A stretch of DNA of 16,525 nucleotides from Candidatus Bathyarchaeia archaeon (GTDB lineage: Archaea > Thermoproteota > Bathyarchaeia > Bathyarchaeales > Bathycorpusculaceae). Numbering within the stretch: the stretch's first letter is position 1; each line of letters starts with the position of its first letter. Position numbers and translations under genes: made by a program. This document shows positions 1-5,661 of the stretch, one piece after another. The stretch lies in contig JBEKKX010000049.1 of NCBI GenBank assembly GCA_050010515.1, positions 1-16,525 on the forward strand, given 5' to 3'. The notes beneath the pieces are model-generated. The model saw nothing but the letters and a program-made list of their open reading frames with translations, did not search any database and was not told the origin of the DNA.

Positions 1-259
1 ATCGCAGCAAAATAGGTCGGCCATAAAATCACCGGTCAGTCTCCAGGAGTGTAATGCCAAAGGTTGGTGGATACGGCGAAGAATTCCATAGTCCCAAGGC
101 AAGCATTCCGCTTAGACCCAGAAACACTTGCTCTTTTGCCTCCCGTTTAGTTGGTCCTTTACGGCGGGCAATTAGCAGCACTGTCCACGCGGCTAGGAAG
201 CCAAAGAAAAGCACCTACCAGCTTGAGTTATAATCAAATAATAAGTTCATGCCCAGCAT
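1..259 (-). pseudogene. Decayed small membrane protein gene (runs off the window edge)
   Basis: Manual translation from ATG 259/250 gives MNLLFDYNSSW*VLFFGFLAAWTVLLIARRK...GMLALGL. After a 1-nt frameshift near 89-92 it continues MEFFAVSTNLWHYTPGD*PVILWPTYFAA. In-frame TAG (217-215) and TGA (38-36) interrupt a continuous hydrophobic protein-like sequence. Confidence 0.6.
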
Positions 260-298
260 CAAACCTACCCATCAAATAAAAATGATTGGATTAAGGCG

Positions 299-946
299 CT
301 ATGTTTTTGCCCCGTTCCTGTGAGACTTGTGGACTAGCCAGCATTTCTGGCAGTACACAGGGCGGTCTGCATGAGGTTGAAATGGCACTCTGCATTCGCA
401 GCCACAATCGCTGCAAACGGCGGTGTAAACTGGTTCTTGGCGAAATTGGCTAAACAAATGGTAGTTCTTGAGGCGTGGCCAACCTGTCTTGGCGTAACGT
501 AGCATTTCAGGGTTATTTTTTAGCCAGCGCATCATGTGGAAGAAGCTTTTACCTCTTTTTTCTTCACGTTCAGCTAATGGTTCGTAGCCTAAGTTGCGGA
601 TTTCGTCTAAGTAAGCGATTTCTGTTAACCTCTGCGCTTCGCCGACGACTCTGACGCGTTTAACGCGGTCTTCGCCGTAAACTTTGTGGAGCTCCTCAGC
701 GGCTACGTCAAAGATGCAGCCTTGGCAAATGTGGATTGCCTCGTCTGGTTTAAGGTTAAGCCATGCGACAAGTTTAGAGACGATGCGTGAGGATTCTTGC
801 AGGTACTCTTTTTCGCGGAAGATTTCTTGGTAGAATCTTACGTCGATCAGGTCGTATTTGAATTCGCCTGTTTCTTCTCTGTAAGCGCCGATTACTACGC
901 CGAAAAGTAAGTCGCCGCTGCCTGCATCGTCAATAATAAGTGTCAA
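299..946 (-). CDS. Uncharacterised RNase HII-like (RNase H fold) protein with C-terminal CxxC-x17-CxxC zinc-binding domain
   Basis: N-terminal IIDDAGSG resembles the RNase HII IDEAGRG motif; KTGW lies near the end of the core domain; C-terminal CSDC...VPFQPHADRPVYCQKC is a CxxC-x17-CxxC domain. Confidence 0.7.
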   Translation of the reverse strand: MTLIIDDAGSGDLLFGVVIGAYREETGEFKYDLIDVRFYQEIFREKEYLQESSRIVSKLVAWLNLKPDEAIHICQGCIFDVAAEELHKVYGEDRVKRVRVVGEAQRLTEIAYLDEIRNLGYEPLAEREEKRGKSFFHMMRWLKNNPEMLRYAKTGWPRLKNYHLFSQFRQEPVYTAVCSDCGCECRVPFQPHADRPVYCQKCWLVHKSHRNGAKT

Positions 947-1036
947 AGTATTAGTGCCCTCACTTCTTTCAACGCAATGCTTAATTCATGTATAAAAATA
1001 GTCCTCCCAAAAAGAAATAGAACTGATGAAGTTTAT

Positions 1037-1708
1037 CTAACTGTTGCCGGTGCTAACTCTGCTTAATACTTCAGCCGGGCTTTGTAATGTGCTGATAACT
1101 CCTTTTTTTCCAAGGCGCAGTTGCTTCTCGCCTCTAAAAACGCATATATGTGAATTCTTTATTTCAATGTTATCTCCGACAGCGACTGCGTTTATTTGTC
1201 CTTCCCATAGGCAGAGTTTGATTTTTCCTGTTTCGTCTCCAACCAAAGCGTTAACTACCCTGACAGTATTGCCAAATTGCGTGTGAACCTGCACTGGCTT
1301 AGGAATCTCAAGAACTTCAGCCTTAACATTAACCCGTTTCATACAAGCTCTCAAATCGTGAATTGTAGTGAAAACTGAATCTATATTTTGTTTAGCGATT
1401 TTTTTGCATATTTTATCAGTTGTCATCCAGCTTTCGAAAGGATTATCCTTTCTCAACAGAAATTGTTCATCAACTCTGAATTGAGCCACAGCGTTATTGT
1501 CTTTTTTTATTAGAAAAATTATTTCATCTTTCACCTTACCCCGATATTCAACTGTAAGGTTGCCGCAGACAGCTTTTTCGTTGTCTCTTGCTTTAATAAG
1601 CGCTTGGAAGACTTCAGAGGGGTAAATGTTGTGTTTTACTGAAAGAAGAGCAATGTGCTCTCCTAAGGTTGATTTTTTCTGTCTCACATTTCTTCTCCCA
1701 TGTGTCAT
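1037..1708 (-). CDS. OB-fold single-stranded nucleic acid-binding protein (SSB/RPA-like) with additional N-terminal domain
   Basis: C-terminal VNVKAEVLEI...VGDETGKIKLCLWEGQ...VGDNIEIKN...FRGEKQLRLGKKG is a typical archaeal SSB/RPA OB fold. The start is uncertain: ATG 1708 or GTG 1687 behind GGGAG are more likely than TTG 1738. Confidence 0.8.
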   Translation of the reverse strand: MTHGRRNVRQKKSTLGEHIALLSVKHNIYPSEVFQALIKARDNEKAVCGNLTVEYRGKVKDEIIFLIKKDNNAVAQFRVDEQFLLRKDNPFESWMTTDKICKKIAKQNIDSVFTTIHDLRACMKRVNVKAEVLEIPKPVQVHTQFGNTVRVVNALVGDETGKIKLCLWEGQINAVAVGDNIEIKNSHICVFRGEKQLRLGKKGVISTLQSPAEVLSRVSTGNS

Positions 1709-1975
1709 GTCAGAGTAAAGAGAAAAAGCAAAGCGCAAAGTGTTCCATACTTTCTCTCAATATTTTGAATGTCTACAATATAACGAAGTGTACCTATATT
1801 AGCTTAGCTTGAATGTACAAGAAAGCCATTTTTCCTGAATTTTTAAGGAAATTTCAAACCTTAAATTATTATAATGAAAAAAACGTTCAAAATAGTCTTC
1901 TTTATTTGCCCTTCCTATTTAAGAAAAGTTTGGGATAATAATTTGATGTTTAATCTAAAAATAGTAAGCATTCAA

Positions 1976-2050
1976 TTTATAAGCATGGAGAACACGTTAA
2001 AGGTACTGTGCAAGAAGCAATTTTTGCACAGCAAATGTAGTAGGAGTTGA
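1976..2050 (+). promoter_or_regulatory. TATA box, 5'-leader GNRA hairpin and RBS of the small zinc-finger gene
   Basis: TTTATAAG at 1976-1983. CTGTGCAAGAA-GCAA-TTTTTGCACAG (2006-2031) forms an 11-bp stem with one G-U pair and a GCAA loop. AGGAG at 2042-2046 precedes ATG 2059. Confidence 0.6.
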
Positions 2051-2058
2051 AATAGCGA

Positions 2059-2199
2059 ATGTATAATAACAGAGAAATGCACAAGGCAACCTGCGCTGAC
2101 TGCGGAAAAGAATGTGAAGTTCCTTTCAAGCCAGACGGCTCAAGGCCAGTTTATTGCCGTGAGTGCTACGCAAAACGAAGACCACCACGAAGATATTAA
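2059..2199 (+). CDS. Small stand-alone CxxC-x17-CxxC domain protein (46 aa, putative zinc-ribbon nucleic-acid-binding protein); absent from ORF track
   Basis: Manual translation MYNNREMHKATCADCGKECEVPFKPDGSRPVYCRECYAKRRPPRRY*; RBS and TATA upstream, T-rich tract downstream. Confidence 0.9.
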   Translation: MYNNREMHKATCADCGKECEVPFKPDGSRPVYCRECYAKRRPPRRY

Positions 2200-2217
2200 G
2201 CTCATTAGCTGAACATC

Positions 2218-2254
2218 TTTTACTTCGTCCTTAATTATTTTCTTTTTATTTTTT
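2218..2254 (+). terminator. Archaeal oligo-T terminator region
   Basis: Several T-runs (TTTT, TTTTCTTTTTATTTTTT) directly after the stop at 2199. Confidence 0.5.
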
Positions 2255-2341
2255 ATCATCTATCTGGACTAAAAAGCAGTTCTTTGCCAAATAACCTGTA
2301 CAAAATCTTTTTATCGCCAACCATTGCTGAGGTAAGGTTGG

Positions 2342-2479
2342 ATGAGTATGAGTAAAGGTTTCGCCTTAGTACTTGTTCTCGTCTTTCTAACAGCATCATG
2401 CGTAATGGTGGCTAAGCCTGTTTCTGGGGCTTCAGCGGTCGAAAACACCTGGGTTTCTAAAGCGCCAATGCAGGTGGCT
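2342..2479 (+). pseudogene. N-terminal fragment of a secreted, probably kelch-repeat, surface protein
   Basis: Signal peptide MSKGFALVLVLVFLTASCVMVAKPVSG followed by NTWVSKAPMQVA, which resembles the start of a kelch repeat (W...APM). The sequence then switches to an unrelated gene. Upstream TTTTTATC TATA-like box. Confidence 0.6.
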
Positions 2480-2697
2480 ATCGCTTGCTACCTGTTCCAG
2501 GACAAGTGTTTACTGAGTTGGATGCGGTGAACTTTTTGACTGGAGCCAATGCTGAATTGATTGCCGCTGGCGGCGTCTGTAGCGCAGAAGGATCATGCTG
2601 GCTGGCTGTTACTGGCACAAAAGAACAAGAGGATGCTGCCGAAAAAATCTTTGCTTCTGTGGCTTGTGAACAACCATTTAATCTCGATAACCTCTAA
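2476..2697 (+). pseudogene. C-terminal fragment of a hypothetical protein, fused out of frame to the previous fragment
   Basis: GYRLLPVPGQVFTELDAVNFLTGANAELIAAGGVCSAEGSCWLAV...; protein-like, no convincing start or RBS, different frame from 2342. Confidence 0.5.
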
Positions 2698-2948
2698 AAC
2701 CACAACTGGAATCTAACACTTCCTAAGCTAGCCATCGGCTTTTGTCTCAGGGTATTTGTGTGTGCTCAACCTACCTACCCGGTCTACTAGATGCTTCTAA
2801 TATGCCCCAAATATGATTCAACATAGATGTGCATAGAACAAAGACCGCGCACTTTGCATGCAGAACAGTGCTTTTCAACATAGAAAAGACTGTTTTTTGA
2901 TGTAGAAAAAAAGCACTAAAGAAGAAAAAACAAGAGCTAAATATACAC

Positions 2949-3154
2949 TAACTTTACTGTTTATTAGGGCACGGAGCGTTTCCATGGAGGCTTTTTCGGT
3001 AAGCATTTTGAAAATATTCTTGGCGCTTAATCCGCTGCCGAAGACGATTGCGTCAATTTTTCCAGAGGTTAAATCTTGAAAAAACTTGTCTCTCAATTCC
3101 TTGTCGACGGGCAATCCTGTCTCGTAAACGTAGACTTCTTCGATTTGAGCGCCC
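2949..3154 (-). pseudogene. hemD: Internal fragment of hemD; diverged second copy of 5862-6067
   Basis: Gap-free 206-bp alignment with 5862-6067, 13 mismatches by manual count; encodes GAQIEEVYVYETGLPVDKELRDKFFQDLTSGKIDAIVFGSG...INSKV. Confidence 0.92.
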
Positions 3155-3164
3155 GAATGGGAAA

Positions 3165-3213
3165 TCCTTTCCCGCAGGGGTTCGCAGGTTCACAACTCCT
3201 GCCCGCAGCACCA
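3165..3213 (+). repeat. tRNA-Leu 3'-half fragment, copy 1 (att-like)
   Basis: TCCTT-TCCCGCAGGGGTTC-GCAGG-TTCACAACT-CCTGC-CCGCAGC-A-CCA: anticodon-stem 3' strand, archaeal Leu-type variable arm, T-arm with expanded loop, acceptor 3' strand, discriminator A, CCA. No 5' half upstream. Confidence 0.85.
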
Positions 3214-3258
3214 AAACCTTTCTTGGCGCGTGAATCTGGGTGTGCTCTGGGTCAGCTG

Positions 3259-3338
3259 TTGTGCACAAACTGTAAACAAAAATATTTTTAAGTTCAAAAA
3301 CATATTGTTGACAAATTAGTGAAGCAATATGTCCACAA
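3259..3338 (+). promoter_or_regulatory. vapBC promoter with four TGTnnACA operator-like palindromes
   Basis: TGTGCACA 3260-3267, TGTAAACA 3271-3278, TGTTGACA 3306-3313, TGTCCACA 3330-3337, around TATA-like TTTTAAGT at 3286-3293. Confidence 0.65.
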
Positions 3339-3550
3339 CGTTTACGATTCGCATACCTCGTGAGCTTAAAGAAAAAATGGAAAAAAACGCAGCGGAATGG
3401 AGCCAAGAGGTCAGAGGTTTCATTGAAGAAAGAGTTAGGCAAATCGAGCTGATGAAAACACTCCAAGAAATAGAGTTGAGGGCAGAAAAGCGAAAAACAA
3501 AAACAGACTCAACCATACTCATCAGGGAGGACCGCGAACGCCGAGCTTAA
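3329..3550 (+). CDS. vapB: VapB-type antitoxin, ribbon-helix-helix/CopG family
   Basis: TTFTIRIPRELKEKM...WSQEVRGFIEE is an RHH pattern; the C-terminal STILIREDRER is typical of archaeal VapB; overlaps a PIN gene. Confidence 0.88.
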   Translation: MSTTFTIRIPRELKEKMEKNAAEWSQEVRGFIEERVRQIELMKTLQEIELRAEKRKTKTDSTILIREDRERRA

Positions 3551-3972
3551 TACTGGACTCTAACATACTCGTGAAACTCGTCATGGATGAACCAGGTTCC
3601 AAAGAAGCCAGAGCCTCAGTCGCCAACTTCTTGAAAAAAGGGTACACTCTCCACACGGTAGACTTAGCTTTGGCTGAAGGTCTAAACGTTATATGGAAAC
3701 ACACAAACATTCTAAAAGACTTGAAACCAGAAGAAGCAAACCCAGCGTTAGAAGACCTCACAAGAATATATGATAACCTGAATGCTATTCCAACGCGTGA
3801 ACTCACAACAGAAGCGATCCACGTCGCTTTGACTCAAAACATAACTATCTACGACTCGCTTTATATTGCCGCGGCACAAAAGATGAACGGTACACTGTAT
3901 ACTGCAGACCAAAAACTCTGCAGTGTAGCAAACGGAGTCACCAACTCAAAACTCCTAAAACCAAAAGCATAA
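3538..3972 (+). CDS. vapC: VapC PIN-domain toxin (start codon atypical, see findings)
   Basis: In-frame PSLILDSNILVK upstream of GTG 3571; LALAEGLNVIWK; ITIYDSLYIAAA; LYTADQKL, i.e. the PIN acidic tetrad. Confidence 0.88.
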   Translation, partial: TPSLILDSNILVKLVMDEPGSKEARASVANFLKKGYTLHTVDLALAEGLNVIWKHTNILKDLKPEEANPALEDLTRIYDNLNAIPTRELTTEAIHVALTQNITIYDSLYIAAAQKMNGTLYTADQKLCSVANGVTNSKLLKPKA

Positions 3973-4082
3973 AACGGCACGCAACCGCAAAATGAGTTGC
4001 ATACAATTAATCTTATGGCATACGAAATTAGCTTTCAAGTTTTGCCCTTCTGCACTCTGCCCTACCCCTGCCTGATATTTGT

Positions 4083-4127
4083 TCTCACAGGGGTTCGCAG
4101 GTTCCAGCTCCCTGCCCCGCAGCACCA
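4083..4127 (+). repeat. tRNA-Leu 3' fragment, copy 2 (att-like)
   Basis: TCTCACAGGGGTTC-GCAGG-TTCCAGCTC-CCTGC-CCCGCAGC-A-CCA: degenerate variable arm, altered T-loop, one extra C. Confidence 0.82.
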
Positions 4128-4195
4128 CTTTTGTGCTAAGTCTCAAAAAACAAGCTTAATTACTTAATTGCACAGTCTATTAATGAGGCCTAATA

Positions 4196-4405
4196 ATGAC
4201 AGAAACCGTCTCTATTCCCTTGCCTTTGCTAAAAGAGCTCTATGAACATTTTGACCGGATAGAAGAAATTCTAGCCACACTTGAAGAGCTTTCAGATAAA
4301 AAGGGATTGAAAAGAATTGAAAAAAGCCTTGAAGAATATAAGAGAAAGGAATACATCACAGTTTCTAGCCCTGAGAAAATAAGAGAAGCTCTCATGAAGG
4401 ACTAA
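4196..4405 (+). CDS. Putative antitoxin partner of a RelE/ParE toxin
   Basis: 69-aa charged helical protein 5 nt upstream of relE; ATLEELSDKKGLKRIEKSLEEY resembles the motif of 5443-5658. Confidence 0.75.
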   Translation: MTETVSIPLPLLKELYEHFDRIEEILATLEELSDKKGLKRIEKSLEEYKRKEYITVSSPEKIREALMKD

Positions 4406-4410
4406 ACAAC

Positions 4411-4665
4411 TTGCCGTATAAGCTCATCTTCATGCGCAGCTTCACCAAGCAGTTCGACAAGTTGCCCAAAACTGCAAAGGAACAAGTTCTTAAAGGACTC
4501 GAAAAAGCTGCTTCTGACCCTTATGCTGGAACAAAGCTACAAGGTAAACTTGCAGGTTTATGGAGATGGCGCATGGGTAAATACCGTGCAATCTATACGA
4601 TAGATGAGAAGGAAAGCAACTTAGTATTCGTGGATGTCGGTTTAAGGAAATCAATTTACGAATAG
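4411..4665 (+). CDS. relE: RelE/ParE family toxin
   Basis: YKLIFMRSFTKQFDKL...DPYAGTKLQGKLAGLWRWRMGKYRAIYTID...VGLRKSIY: classic RelE pattern. Confidence 0.92.
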   Translation: MPYKLIFMRSFTKQFDKLPKTAKEQVLKGLEKAASDPYAGTKLQGKLAGLWRWRMGKYRAIYTIDEKESNLVFVDVGLRKSIYE

Positions 4666-4682
4666 CGTTTTTCTGACCAAAA

Positions 4683-4716
4683 GGGTTCGCAGGTTCGAAT
4701 CCTGCCCGCAGCACCA
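4683..4716 (+). repeat. tRNA-Leu 3' fragment, copy 3 (att-like; intact T-arm)
   Basis: GGGTTC-GCAGG-TTCGAAT-CCTGC-CCGCAGC-A-CCA: canonical T-stem/loop, acceptor 3' strand and CCA, 17 nt after the relE stop. Confidence 0.9.
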
Positions 4717-4792
4717 ACTAACTGTCTAGTTATTCATAAATTACAAAAGTCTTTTTAGCGCTTACATTATTATGGATTAAAGTAGAGCAGGG

Positions 4793-5412
4793 ATGGAAAT
4801 GATAAACTTTGAATCAAAGCTAGCTATAGACACACAATTGAATCTTTTTGATTATCTTCAAAACAGGGCAGAGCATGTTAGATTTTTTAGCTATGGCAGT
4901 AACATGAATAAAGAAAAGTTTGCAGACGATATGTGCAATGCAGCAAATGAGCTAAAACTTACTTCTGAAGACAAAACCAAACTAGAGCTTGATCCTTATG
5001 CTATCAAAAGAACGTTATTAGATTTTAGAAGAGAACTCTCCAATGAATCCCAGCTAGGGCGAGCATTTTCAATTTACCCTTCGGAGAATGAGAAGGTAGA
5101 AGGGATATGTCATAACATTGATGTTTAGTTTTGCCCGTTTTTCTTAAGAAAGAGGGATTATTAAATAGAAATAACCCAAGCTACAAATTGATAAGAGTAC
5201 ATGTATTCGAAGAAGAAAAAGAAGTTCTAACGCTGATAGGTCTTAAGCCAAAATCGTTAAAATATTTAGAGGACAGGAAAATTGAAAGCACTTTGAAATA
5301 TGTGTCACAAAGCATTAAAGGCGCAGTAAATTTCGACGTATCTCATGAGGATATGAGTGAGGTTGAATCATATCTTATTAATGAAATGAAAAACAAAACG
5401 GCCATTAGATGA
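4793..5412 (+). pseudogene. Gamma-glutamylcyclotransferase (GGCT/AIG2)-like gene split by a 1-nt frameshift
   Basis: FFSYGSNMN and VEGICH in ORF 4793-5128; VLPVFLKKEG...Y in ORF 5131-5412 matches the LDxxEG...Y catalytic region; the two ORFs are in different frames; AT-rich. Confidence 0.7.
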
Positions 5413-5442
5413 ATCTGAAATATCTGATGTGGAGACTCAAAG

Positions 5443-5658
5443 TTGGTTGAAGGTTTAACAGATGAGGATAAGAAAAACCTCAAGGTCATAGCAGAGGAAC
5501 TGCCGAAGTTGCGCTCACTTGTTGAGGAGCTTATGGAAACTCTTGAAATTCTTAGCGATAAGAAACTGATGAAAAGTATTAAGGCAAGTGAGAAAGACAT
5601 CCAAGAGAACAAAGTCCTCGGCTATAAAGAACTCCAAGAAAAGCTAAAGATCGATTAA
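5443..5658 (+). CDS. Orphan putative antitoxin, similar to 4196-4405
   Basis: LMETLEILSDKKLMKSIKASEKDIQEN, a motif typical of antitoxins upstream of RelE-type toxins; GGAG RBS before TTG. Confidence 0.7.
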   Translation: MVEGLTDEDKKNLKVIAEELPKLRSLVEELMETLEILSDKKLMKSIKASEKDIQENKVLGYKELQEKLKID

Positions 5659-5661
5659 AGT

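Noticed and set aside
1831-1851. Imperfect inverted repeat TTTCCTGAA-TTT-TTAAGGAAA in the divergent intergenic region
   Set aside because: A single occurrence in very AT-rich sequence could be chance.
3120-3213. Intact, split or permuted tRNA gene
   Set aside because: No GCTGCGG 5' half or D-arm upstream (that sequence is the hemD fragment), no readable anticodon, the T-loop is expanded, and no complementary leader or BHB motif was recognised.
3048-3466. ORFs 3048-3233, 3053-3466, 3076-3291 (also 3955-4146, 4490-4717)
   Set aside because: They run across the hemD fragment, tRNA repeats and TA genes; shared peptides such as EPANP merely translate the tRNA repeat.
3165-4716. The three repeats as a CRISPR array or integron attC sites
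   Set aside because: Spacing is 555-870 bp and gene-filled, the repeats are tRNA T-arm/acceptor/CCA sequence, and no cas or intI gene is in the window.
5120-5135. Pyrrolysine readthrough of TAG in the GGCT-like gene
   Set aside because: The downstream ORF is in a different frame, so a frameshift rather than readthrough is required.
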